This document shows positions 1-10,573 of a DNA stretch of 64,000 nt, in pieces. The notes under the pieces were generated by a model. The model was not told the origin of the DNA and made no database searches. It was given only the letters and a program-made list of their open reading frames with translations. Position 1 is the stretch's first letter; the number at the start of each line of letters is the position of its first letter. This DNA is from Saccharofermentans sp. (GTDB lineage: Bacteria; Bacillota; Clostridia; Saccharofermentanales; Saccharofermentanaceae). The DNA is taken from positions 56,138-120,137 of the forward strand of contig JAZSFQ010000046.1 in NCBI GenBank assembly GCA_045532275.1, given 5' to 3'. The position numbers and the translations under genes were made by a program.

Positions 1-845
1 ACTTCATACAAGGCATTTGCCGTAAAGCAGCAGAGCTTGTTGCCGATATAGCATATCGAAGCGAAGATAACACTGTCATTGGTCGTATAGACGGCATAAT
101 CATCGACTTCATATCCTTTGGATGTCTTTGTGATCGAGAAAACTCTTACGAACGGAACTATTACGGCACCGCTGGTATTTATCGTTGAAACAGCCAGCAG
201 AGTTGAATCCTGATTAAAAGCGCAGCATACCGGGAAACCGGAATTATAAGAAGTCCATACTGCGAGCTGATTGCCGTCTTTATCATATAAAGTAACATCG
301 CCGAAAGAATCGTTGCTGCCGCTTATAACGGCGGTAAATCCGTCATCGGACATTTGAACGGCTTTGATAGGATTAGCAGTAGGCTTGCTATACCATACTC
401 CGTCTTTATCGAGGACAGTGAAATTATATCCGTCACGGTCAAATACAGTAACATAATCGCCGAATGTCACGCATTGAGGATTCTGATAAGAGACAGTGTG
501 CGAGAATATCTCGGAACCTGAAAGGTTAAGATAAGCTATTCTTTCAGAGGTTACTTTGATTACTCCGTCACCATACGGATAGAGCTTCTGCGCCTCTGAG
601 TATTCACATGAGAAACCGCCCTGTGCAGAGAGTTTTATCTGGGCATCCGCGCCTGACATCGATTCGATCTTCTTAGATACGACAAAGATCAGTGCAATGC
701 TGACTATGAGCAGCGTTGCGAAGATCATGACAGCTATCGTCAGACCTTTACGGATGACAGCCTGGGAAATGCTTCCGTCTTTTGTTTCTTTAGCAGGCTT
801 GTCTTTAGTATTCTGTTTCTCTTTTATCTTCTCTTTCTTATCCAT
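1..845 (-). CDS. DUF5711-like membrane-anchored beta-propeller protein (partial, runs off the window start)
   Basis: Not in the ORF track. Manual translation from the ATG at 845 gives MDKKEKIKEK...KGLTIAVMIFATLLIVSIALIFVVS (one TM), then beta-rich repeats (HTVSYQNPQCVTFGDYVTVFDRDG), open to position 1. Starts 5 nt after the upstream stop. Confidence 0.65.
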   Translation of the reverse strand, partial: MDKKEKIKEKQNTKDKPAKETKDGSISQAVIRKGLTIAVMIFATLLIVSIALIFVVSKKIESMSGADAQIKLSAQGGFSCEYSEAQKLYPYGDGVIKVTSERIAYLNLSGSEIFSHTVSYQNPQCVTFGDYVTVFDRDGYNFTVLDKDGVWYSKPTANPIKAVQMSDDGFTAVISGSNDSFGDVTLYDKDGNQLAVWTSYNSGFPVCCAFNQDSTLLAVSTINTSGAVIVPFVRVFSITKTSKGYEVDDYAVYTTNDSVIFASICYIGNKLCCFTANALYE

Positions 846-850
846 CTTAA

Positions 851-2338
851 TTATTCACTCGGCATATCATAAATACCGCTGATGCTTCCTGAAATAGCCG
901 TATTTAATAGTTCATATGCTTTCCAGTAACCGTAATTATATGTGTCTTGTCCGCCGTCTAAGAATATCTCTCTGGAATACACGTAGAAATTCATATATTC
1001 CCCGTCTTTAAAAACATAATAAGAATCGTTGTCTCTGGTATAAAACTCATACAAGGTTGTAACATAACTCTTATTGTTAAAACTGAGAGTCAGATCCGGA
1101 CCACCATTGGTATTAACAACAGCAGCTGTATCAATACCTCCTATTTCAATACATGATATGCTTTCAAACAAAATAGAACAGTAAGATCTTCCGTAAGAGT
1201 CTGAAATTTTAGCATTTCGTCCGTCAAGAGTTACTATAGAACTGTCATCCATAATGCTCTTCCCTTCAGGGACATCAAGTGAGAGCTTAAATGATTTATC
1301 GCCATATGTGCCGGTAATCGAAGAATAATCCTTTGCATAGCAATAACATATATAAGGATTTATTAAATCAAGCTCATTCATTTCAATATTTTCCAATTGA
1401 TAATTACTGAGCATGAAATATTTGTCGTTGCCGACGATATAACCGTAATAACAGTCATTGATCAATTTGCTGAAATACAGTTCTTTCTTTTCTCCACTGT
1501 TCAATGTGATGATAAAGTGGAATGCCGGTGTATCGAGTCCGTATTTAGCAAGATCACTATCATATATATCAATATAATCAGTAATCTCAAGGTTTAGGAT
1601 CCTTCTGATCATATTTGTAAAATATGAACTTGCAGGATGCGTGTACGGTTTAATGATTTCATAATCAGCAAGCCCGGTCGCGGTTAAATTTACAGAAGCA
1701 TCTAAGGACAATCCGTCAGTCTTTCTGTCAAAATGTACAGCCTTAAGTTCGTTATCGTTAATACTGAGAATCCGGGAATCGAGAAAGTTCATGCCTGTTT
1801 TTTCAGCCTGCAGAAGCTTATCTGAGGAGACCATATAAATATCAGTTGAACCGTCAACCCGTATATAACAATAATTTTCGTCAGGTGACTTATTCCCTAA
1901 ATAGACAGTTGTCACGGAACCGTTAACTGCATTGATAGTTACAGTATAACCCGGATTATCAAGCCCGTATTCGGCAGGGGCACCGCTGACAGGATTTCTG
2001 GAACTGCTGTAATAGCTGGTCAGAAGGGTAACATAATCAGCTAATTTATATTGAGAATAATGTGAATCCGGTTCGGCATCGTCACCGAGATATTCATAAA
2101 TAATGTCATTATCGCCAGCTATCGAACAGTTGATCTTAACAATACGGCCGGTAACATTATTTAATACGGATAGAGATGAAATATCAGTGGAATTAAAATA
2201 AACAACATCTGTTCCAACATCTAAAGGTTCAGAAGGTTTTGAAGCCTTAATATTTTCAACAACAAAATATATAATCACACCTATTACCAATGCGATCATA
2301 ATAATGAACGGAACCAGAAGATTCTTTACGGACTTCAT
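851..2338 (-). CDS. DUF4340 domain-containing membrane-anchored protein
   Basis: Start moved to MKSVKN (ATG 2338, right after the stop of the upstream gene). N-terminal TM plus two repeats of the YGLDxP motif (YGLDNPGY, YGLDTPAF). Position after a GldG-like gene is typical. Confidence 0.75.
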   Translation of the reverse strand: MKSVKNLLVPFIIMIALVIGVIIYFVVENIKASKPSEPLDVGTDVVYFNSTDISSLSVLNNVTGRIVKINCSIAGDNDIIYEYLGDDAEPDSHYSQYKLADYVTLLTSYYSSSRNPVSGAPAEYGLDNPGYTVTINAVNGSVTTVYLGNKSPDENYCYIRVDGSTDIYMVSSDKLLQAEKTGMNFLDSRILSINDNELKAVHFDRKTDGLSLDASVNLTATGLADYEIIKPYTHPASSYFTNMIRRILNLEITDYIDIYDSDLAKYGLDTPAFHFIITLNSGEKKELYFSKLINDCYYGYIVGNDKYFMLSNYQLENIEMNELDLINPYICYCYAKDYSSITGTYGDKSFKLSLDVPEGKSIMDDSSIVTLDGRNAKISDSYGRSYCSILFESISCIEIGGIDTAAVVNTNGGPDLTLSFNNKSYVTTLYEFYTRDNDSYYVFKDGEYMNFYVYSREIFLDGGQDTYNYGYWKAYELLNTAISGSISGIYDMPSE

Positions 2339-2339
2339 A

Positions 2340-3902
2340 TCAGAGATTTTTCCTCTTTGTATAAACAATAACAGCCATCGCAACCAAAACAACCGGAATA
2401 ATAATCATAAATACTACAAGCATTACTGTAGAAAGAGATGTCGTGGATTTATTGGCATCCAGAGAGAAATTATCAACTGTCTTTGTTGCGATATTTAAAG
2501 CGCTTACGGGTTTTGTGCTGGAAAGTTCCCTAATGCATGCCTTAAAGAAATCAACATTTGCATCATTCATTCCATATGAAGATATATATTCATCTGATGA
2601 AAATGTCATTGTTCCGAATACAAATACCTTTGTGGGATCACTATCATTTCCAACAGAATACATAGCCACATAATACTGGCCTTCGGAATTAATCTCGCTG
2701 TCAAGAATATTACCCTTATCATCTACTTCAAGAAGAGATGCTTTTTTACTGGTCAACAGGACAGGGCTTGTTTTAAATTTTGTATTAGGATTATCGGTCG
2801 TACTGATGCTTCTGGCATAAGTACTGTGATATAAACTGATACTGGAATAATCTTTAAAACCGTCGCCTGCAGTTACGGTTGAATCGATGCTGTAGCCTCC
2901 AAGCTGATATCCGGGATCGTTCTCAGAAACAAGTACAGGATCGATATTTATGTTCATTTGATTCAAAAGCTGGTTCAGTCTGTCAAAACGAACGGTCACA
3001 TTTTCGAGTGAATAATCAACAGCAACGAAGAGCTTGCCGCCATTGTTCAAATAATCTGTCATAGCAATATACATCTTCTCGGAAATATCGTTATTAGGAC
3101 CGTTAAGTATCAGCAGATCACAATCTTCAGGAATAACAAAATTCTCGGAAACCGGCAGTTCTTCCACATCCATTGCCATTGAATCGAGTATCTTGGTAAT
3201 GTTTGCATTTCCGCTTTCTTTAAGACCGGTAATGATATATGCCTTAAAAGAATAGTCGTTTGTCAGATTGTACATAGAATTAGTAAAAGTAAATTCAGTA
3301 TTATTACCGGTCACATAATAGGAACCATAATATGAATATATCTCTTCATCATATGTATAGCATTCGAGAGGAGTAATAATTTTGATCTTACCGTTGTATT
3401 GAATAACATAGGTATTCTCTCTTGAAGAAAGATCATAAGAATTTGTCGGATCGAGCTGACTGATTATAGAAGGTTGTTCTGAAATATTTACATATTCTAC
3501 AGAAATCTTGCCGTCAGATTTTCTTTCGTAGTCGTCGAGTAACGGAACAATATACTGATAAGGCGTACCGGCAACGTTGTCAGGTCTGTTGAAAAGACCG
3601 ACAATACGGATGTGCGTATCAGGTGACAGAGAATCTATGAAATCAATTGATTCCTGTGAAATTGAATTCTGGGAATAATCGGAAAGATCAAAAGTAAGCG
3701 CTTTACCGAAAATACCGTTAAAAAGGATATTCGCCAAAAGAACGATCGCGATCAGCAATACAACTGAACCGATAGAATAAAGCTTAAGTTTTTCGGCTCT
3801 GTCGTCTGATTGAACAGGCTCTTTTTTATCTTTCAAATCTGACTTTGATCCGTTTTTATCGGGTTTCAACAGTTTGTTTTTATTTATATTTTCTTTGCTC
3901 AT
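2340..3902 (-). CDS. GldG-family ABC transporter auxiliary/substrate-binding component
   Basis: N- and C-terminal TM helices, DLSDYSQNSISQES, EYVN, YIITGLKE, IPEDCDLLILNGPNNDIS motifs; follows the ABC permease. Confidence 0.8.
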   Translation of the reverse strand: MSKENINKNKLLKPDKNGSKSDLKDKKEPVQSDDRAEKLKLYSIGSVVLLIAIVLLANILFNGIFGKALTFDLSDYSQNSISQESIDFIDSLSPDTHIRIVGLFNRPDNVAGTPYQYIVPLLDDYERKSDGKISVEYVNISEQPSIISQLDPTNSYDLSSRENTYVIQYNGKIKIITPLECYTYDEEIYSYYGSYYVTGNNTEFTFTNSMYNLTNDYSFKAYIITGLKESGNANITKILDSMAMDVEELPVSENFVIPEDCDLLILNGPNNDISEKMYIAMTDYLNNGGKLFVAVDYSLENVTVRFDRLNQLLNQMNINIDPVLVSENDPGYQLGGYSIDSTVTAGDGFKDYSSISLYHSTYARSISTTDNPNTKFKTSPVLLTSKKASLLEVDDKGNILDSEINSEGQYYVAMYSVGNDSDPTKVFVFGTMTFSSDEYISSYGMNDANVDFFKACIRELSSTKPVSALNIATKTVDNFSLDANKSTTSLSTVMLVVFMIIIPVVLVAMAVIVYTKRKNL

Positions 3903-3921
3903 ATGTTTAGATCAACCTCCG

Positions 3922-4689
3922 TCAAGCCTGGCTCCAACGCTTCTTATCCAATACCCTGAACGTTAAATACAGGAAAAGGACACCGACCGACAAAAGGAAA
4001 AATAAGGCCGAAACTGAAAAAACTCCGAGACGAAAATCTTCCGTTTTCGTAAACGGATCAAGCCACGCAATACCGTTTCTGATAGTATTCTCGATGGAAA
4101 CGGCAGTCTCCGATTTGATTCCGATCATAGATAATAATGAATAAACCGCTGTTCCGACATAGTCGGCAATTATAATGATAAGCTGAGTTATAAGAATAAT
4201 TATGAAAGAGACTATGGCTGATACGATCTGGTTATCTGTAATAGCGGACGCAAATAAACCGATCGAAATATACATAAAAGCCATAAAGAAGAATACAACG
4301 ATAGTTCCTGCTGCACCAACGCCAAATACTCCGCCGCAGCATAATGTGACTATGATATGGATGATGACATTGATAAACATGATCGCGTATAAAGCGAAAG
4401 AAGCAAGGGTCTTTCCTACTACAACGTTGAAAAGACTTACCGGAGTCGTGTAATAAAGTATATCTGTTCCCCTCTTTTTATCTTCTGCAAGGAGTCCCAT
4501 CGTGATAATGGGAACGATAATTACGAAAAATGATCTGAGAGTAATAACTTCACTTCCGATATTTACCATTCCGGAACTGAACTGGGTGTAAAAAATAAAT
4601 CCTGAAAGGAATGAGAAAATCGCTATAGCCACATAACCTACAGGAGATCTGAAATAAGATAAGAATTCCCGCTTAAAGATCGCGTACAT
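3922..4689 (-). CDS. ABC-2 type permease (GldF-like)
   Basis: AIFKREFLSYFRSPVGY start, six hydrophobic segments, LLAEDKKRGT loop motif. Confidence 0.9.
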   Translation of the reverse strand: MYAIFKREFLSYFRSPVGYVAIAIFSFLSGFIFYTQFSSGMVNIGSEVITLRSFFVIIVPIITMGLLAEDKKRGTDILYYTTPVSLFNVVVGKTLASFALYAIMFINVIIHIIVTLCCGGVFGVGAAGTIVVFFFMAFMYISIGLFASAITDNQIVSAIVSFIIILITQLIIIIADYVGTAVYSLLSMIGIKSETAVSIENTIRNGIAWLDPFTKTEDFRLGVFSVSALFFLLSVGVLFLYLTFRVLDKKRWSQA

Positions 4690-4692
4690 ATA

Positions 4693-5640
4693 TCATGACC
4701 TCCTTTTTCCTGTAGTGATATTGAGGAAGATCTCCTCGAGTGTAGGATCCAGCGAACGGAGCTCAAGTATCGGCCAACCCTCTTTTGCCATCATGAAGAA
4801 TATCGAAGCCCTTACTTCGTTGGTGTTATCTGAAGCGATACCGATCTCCAACTGGTTAACTTTACTGTCTGCAACACGCGGTACAGATGAAGCAATACCG
4901 GGAAGCGACCTGATCTTTGCGGAACATTCCTTAACCGGCCCTCTGAATGTCATCAGAAGCTTGGATTGTCCCGATAATCTCTTGGAAAGGTCAGTTAATG
5001 TATCGACAGCTGCGATCTTTCCTTTGTTAATGATTACGACTCTGTCAGCAATCTCCTGGATCTCAGGAAGAATATGGGAGCTGATGATAATCGAATGTGT
5101 TTTTGAAAGCGATTTGATAAGTTTTCTTATCTCAATGATCTGGTTGGGATCGAGACCTACCGTAGGCTCATCAAGTATCAGGATCGGCGGATCGCCTACC
5201 ATTGCCTGTGCTATACCGACACGCTGCTTGAAACCCTTCGAAAGATTTCCGATAAGCCTGTCAGTAACATCCGATATCTTTACCAGTGAAATGATCCTGT
5301 CTAACTGGTTCTTACGTTTTTCTTTCGGAACGCACTTAAGGTCACAAATAAAAGAAAGATATTCAGAAACGGTCATATCGTAATAAAGCGGAGGGTTCTC
5401 CGGAAGATAACCGATCTCTTTTTTTGCAAGTTCGGGTTCTTCAAGAATATCGTGACCGTTTACTTTAACAGTACCTGATGTGGATGAGATATATCCGGTA
5501 ATAATGTTCATTGTTGTAGTTTTACCGGCACCGTTAGGTCCCAAAAAACCTAATATCTCATCATTATTAACAGTGAATGAGATATTATTTACGGCTAATT
5601 TATCGCCATATCTCTTCACAAGATTGTTTATCTCAATCAT
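4693..5640 (-). CDS. ABC transporter ATP-binding protein (GldA-like)
   Basis: Walker A GPNGAGKTT, signature LSKGFKQRVG, Walker B LILDEP, H-loop SSH. Confidence 0.95.
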   Translation of the reverse strand: MIEINNLVKRYGDKLAVNNISFTVNNDEILGFLGPNGAGKTTTMNIITGYISSTSGTVKVNGHDILEEPELAKKEIGYLPENPPLYYDMTVSEYLSFICDLKCVPKEKRKNQLDRIISLVKISDVTDRLIGNLSKGFKQRVGIAQAMVGDPPILILDEPTVGLDPNQIIEIRKLIKSLSKTHSIIISSHILPEIQEIADRVVIINKGKIAAVDTLTDLSKRLSGQSKLLMTFRGPVKECSAKIRSLPGIASSVPRVADSKVNQLEIGIASDNTNEVRASIFFMMAKEGWPILELRSLDPTLEEIFLNITTGKRRS

Positions 5641-5706
5641 TGTTACCTCCAGATAAGCAAGTTATACACATGCAATATCTTATTATAACAAAATAATAAA
5701 AAAAGA

Positions 5707-6483
5707 TTAAGATAAGTCCTGCCTCAAGGACATTTCGCATGCAAAGACCTTGGTGTCGATATTCTTATAGCCGAAAACACTGATCTTACCGTCGTTTTTG
5801 GCTATAAAAAGTTCAACCTTCTCCCCTGCCTTGACTTCACTGTTGTAATTGATCACGAGATCTTCTATCAGCGAAACATCATAACCGTTTTTAAACAATG
5901 CGTCATAAGCCCAGGCAGTATAACGAGAATTGTTGACATGCCTGTTGCGGTCAAGTTCATTATAATCGGCATATTTGATGATAACGGGTTTTTCCGTCTC
6001 TCCTGCCACGTCGTTACGTGACGGAAATATGATCTTCGGACATTTTTCGCCAAATACATACCTCGGATCCTGTATTACAGGCGGAGGAAGCTCGGGGCGC
6101 TTATTTGCAATAACAGGCCTGTGAGTATTCCAATCAGCCAGGATCCATGTAGAAGTTGCCTGTCCGATAAGTCTGTTATCGCTGCTGTAGATCTCGAAAT
6201 CACGACCGTAATAGATCTTTTCGATAGTGTTCGCCCATGTCCTGATACGGAAAGTCTCATGCCATGACGGAAGTTCGGAAAAATGAAGTCTCATCTTCAG
6301 GATTATCCAGCAAATGTCATTCTCTTTAAGGAAATCCGTTCCGTACCCGATGGAATAAGAACTCCTCTCAGCAGCTTCCTGCAGATCACCGATCAAAGAA
6401 GAACAGTAAAGCCTGTCTCCTATACCGCACTCAGTAGCTTTGCAATACACTTCAACATCGGTATATTTACTGATCTCACTCAT
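5707..6483 (-). CDS. Acyl-ACP thioesterase
   Basis: Double hotdog-type sequence with catalytic motif ELDRNRHVNNSRY. Confidence 0.9.
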   Translation of the reverse strand: MSEISKYTDVEVYCKATECGIGDRLYCSSLIGDLQEAAERSSYSIGYGTDFLKENDICWIILKMRLHFSELPSWHETFRIRTWANTIEKIYYGRDFEIYSSDNRLIGQATSTWILADWNTHRPVIANKRPELPPPVIQDPRYVFGEKCPKIIFPSRNDVAGETEKPVIIKYADYNELDRNRHVNNSRYTAWAYDALFKNGYDVSLIEDLVINYNSEVKAGEKVELFIAKNDGKISVFGYKNIDTKVFACEMSLRQDLS

Positions 6484-7054
6484 TGTCTTCTTCCTTTGCT
6501 TTTACAGGGCGGGGCATGGCCATCGGAATGGTTCCTCTCGGATTATATCTTCTGAAAACAGGATACATCTCTTCTTTATATATAAATACGATCAGGACCT
6601 TTATTCCCTCAGTCGGAAGCAGCCAATACCAGTATTTCTCATCAATGTCGAATTCCTTATAATCTGTCATCTTGATAACGATATTGGCTTTTTCCTTATC
6701 AGATTTAAATCTGTCAGAACTAACAGGTCCGATATATTCGCAATCCTTCAGAGAGAAACTGATCAATTCGTCACGCTTATTCGTTCCGAGAATAACGGCA
6801 CAATCAACCAGATCATTAGACATTTCTATCTCATACTCTTTATGCTGGCGTTTAATAAGAACGACAGTTCCCGCAACGATTCCGAAAGCAAGGATACCTG
6901 AAATAAAATACAGGTTCTCACCTGTGTATATCGGGATCAGGAACGCGAAAAACACTGCGATTATTGCAGTGGTAACCAAAAAAGTATTAAACACAACCTC
7001 AGCTATTCCGTTCTTTCGCTTAACGCTTGTCTCAATAAAACTGTCCTGTAGCAT
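6476..7054 (-). CDS. Conserved hypothetical membrane protein (DUF6106-like)
   Basis: DSFIETSVKRK start, two TM helices, EYEIEM...LVDCAVI segment; overlaps the thioesterase start by 8 nt. Confidence 0.55.
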   Translation of the reverse strand: MLQDSFIETSVKRKNGIAEVVFNTFLVTTAIIAVFFAFLIPIYTGENLYFISGILAFGIVAGTVVLIKRQHKEYEIEMSNDLVDCAVILGTNKRDELISFSLKDCEYIGPVSSDRFKSDKEKANIVIKMTDYKEFDIDEKYWYWLLPTEGIKVLIVFIYKEEMYPVFRRYNPRGTIPMAMPRPVKAKEEDNE

Positions 7055-7225
7055 TTTTCACCTCAAACAGAGATAATTTTAGCATAAATATTCCAATATA
7101 CGTAAAATGGCTTAAGAGTATTAACGTTTATCTTTTTACAGTTTTTTCGAGATTATTCTTTTTTTCAACTGATAAAATGATTTATATTGGAAAACAAATA
7201 ATATACTGAAAGGACTGCCATTATC

Positions 7226-8372
7226 TTGAAAGAAGGAAATAGCGCCTCTCTTTTAACTCACGTGAAAACATCTGAACTTGAAAAATCTGATGATGCTTCA
7301 TTTAAGATTAGTTCTCTTGACGAAGACATTTCGATAGAGAAAATGGAACACATCAAAGGAATAGCATTAATTTTGCTTATGTGGCATCATCTTTTTGGAT
7401 GTGATTATATTTCTTCATGGATGACCCCTCTTAAGGGCTTAGATATCATGTTCGGATTGGGGTCAAGACTTTGTTTGGGAATCTTTCTTTTTTGTTCAGG
7501 TTACGGACTTTATAAGTCATATCTGAATAAGAAAACAGTAATAAGAAACTATATACTTAAAAGGCTTATCAAAATTCTCATCCCGTATTGGGTTGTAATG
7601 CTGGTTACCATAGCATATTTGATTTTTGCCGATTCCTTTAATCCTCATCATTTCTTTTCTAATCTTTTTGCATGGAACGATGAAGTTCTATATGTAAGCT
7701 TTGCATGGTATATAAAGCTTTATATACTTCTAATGTTGATAATGCCTTTGGTTAGATTTATTAATCTGAATCTTAAGAAACGTATATTCTATGATATAGT
7801 TGTTTTTGTGCTTTTGCCGTTTGTTCTGCAATATATATTCATTTCTATCGATTATAAAACAAGTTTTCCGGCAGTTGCAGTTTCTTTTCTCGATCCGGTT
7901 GATATGCTCATCTACTGGTTTCCGTTATTTGCTATAGGTATTATCTTTGCAAAATACAATATATATAAGAATCAGAAAGTTCTATACCAGGATGCCGCAT
8001 CAGCTTATTATTGCATTATCATTAGTTATTGCAATCTTAACTATATTCCTCAGATATGCATTTAATTACCCTAGTCTTACAGATTCAATCTACTCACCGG
8101 TTTTTACGGTCTGTTGCCTGCTAATAATGGATAATATCAGATTTAAAAGTAAATATATAATCCCCTATTTAGGAAAAAAATCAGTATATTTCTGGTTATT
8201 AAGCGGAATCTTTTTTCTGAACACATCTGAACTTCTCCCTGCAATAACATGGCCTAAGATTCCATTAGTTATGCTTATCTGGACTTTAGCACTTCTTACA
8301 CCGTTCGTGTATTTGTGTGATTTCGTTTCTGGTAAACTAATCGGTCTGTTATTAAACAAGCACAATACTTAA
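7226..8372 (+). pseudogene. Acyltransferase-3 family membrane O-acyltransferase, split by a frameshift near 7959-7967
   Basis: ORF 7226..8065 carries the N-terminal IKGIALILLMWHHLF and FLFCSGYGL motifs. Overlapping ORF 7947..8372 carries the C-terminal TMs (YLGKKSVYFWL). The frames switch at an ATATATAT tract. Confidence 0.75.
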
Positions 8373-8386
8373 AGAAAAGTGTGTAT

Positions 8387-8415
8387 TAAAAGAGGCTGCC
8401 CAAACGGACAACCTC
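8387..8415 (-). terminator. Intrinsic terminator downstream of groEL
   Basis: Minus strand reads GAGGTTGTCC-GTTT-GGGCAGCCTC followed by TTTTAAT (10-bp stem with two G-U pairs). Confidence 0.7.
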
Positions 8416-8437
8416 CATAATTATTTCTGATAAATGA

Positions 8438-8510
8438 GCAATATGATTTTTCGCAATTTCCGCACAAGCGCGAAGCGCGCGGAGGACTTTTTGCGAAAAA
8501 TCTATATTGC
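8438..8510. repeat. REP-like palindromic intergenic element
   Basis: Arms GCAATATGATTTTTCGCAA (8438-8456) and TTGCGAAAAATCTATATTGC (8491-8510) are complementary apart from a 1-nt bulge. The core contains the GCGC-GAA-GCGC hairpin (8468-8478). Confidence 0.7.
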
Positions 8511-8517
8511 GAATGCC

Positions 8518-10158
<1,641 letters not shown>

Positions 10159-10162
10159 TCAA

Positions 10163-10450
10163 TTAATCTTCAACGATAGCAGCGATGTCATCCTGGCGAA
10201 CGATAATGTATTCTTCGCCGTCAAGCTTAACGTTTGTTCCAGCGTAGTCGCGGATGATAACCTTCTGACCAACCTGAACTTCCATCTTGATCTCATTGCC
10301 GTCTACGATTCCGCCGGGACCGACTGCGATGATCTCAGCGATCTGAGGCTTCTGCTGAGCACCTGAAGAAAGGATAATGCCGCTCTTTGTCGTCTCTTCA
10401 GCCTGAAGTTTCTTTACTACCACCTTATCTGCTAAAGGCTTAATTGTCAT
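10163..10450 (-). CDS. groS: Co-chaperonin GroES
   Basis: [12 protein letters not shown]...TKSGIIL...VGPG. ATG at 10450 follows a GGAGG RBS. Confidence 0.98.
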   Translation of the reverse strand: MTIKPLADKVVVKKLQAEETTKSGIILSSGAQQKPQIAEIIAVGPGGIVDGNEIKMEVQVGQKVIIRDYAGTNVKLDGEEYIIVRQDDIAAIVED

Positions 10451-10481
10451 AAAAAAGACCTCCAATATAATGAAATCGCGG

Positions 10482-10508
10482 TTAGCACTCTATAGCTCTA
10501 AGTGCTAA
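10482..10508. promoter_or_regulatory. CIRCE operator (HrcA binding site)
   Basis: TTAGCACTC-N9-AAGTGCTAA, one mismatch from the TTAGCACTC-N9-GAGTGCTAA consensus, between the promoter and groES. Confidence 0.95.
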
Positions 10509-10517
10509 CCACAACAA

Positions 10518-10546
10518 AATATAATTCTATTTTTCTTAACTGTCAA
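10518..10546 (-). promoter_or_regulatory. sigmaA promoter of groESL
   Basis: TTGACA, 17-nt spacer, TATATT on the minus strand, just upstream of CIRCE. Confidence 0.8.
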
Positions 10547-10573
10547 TACGAAAATCAAAAAAAGTCAAAAACG

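Noticed and set aside
4715-5383. 222-aa plus-strand ORF
   Set aside because: Antisense shadow of the ABC ATPase; Ser/Ile-rich with no motif or RBS.
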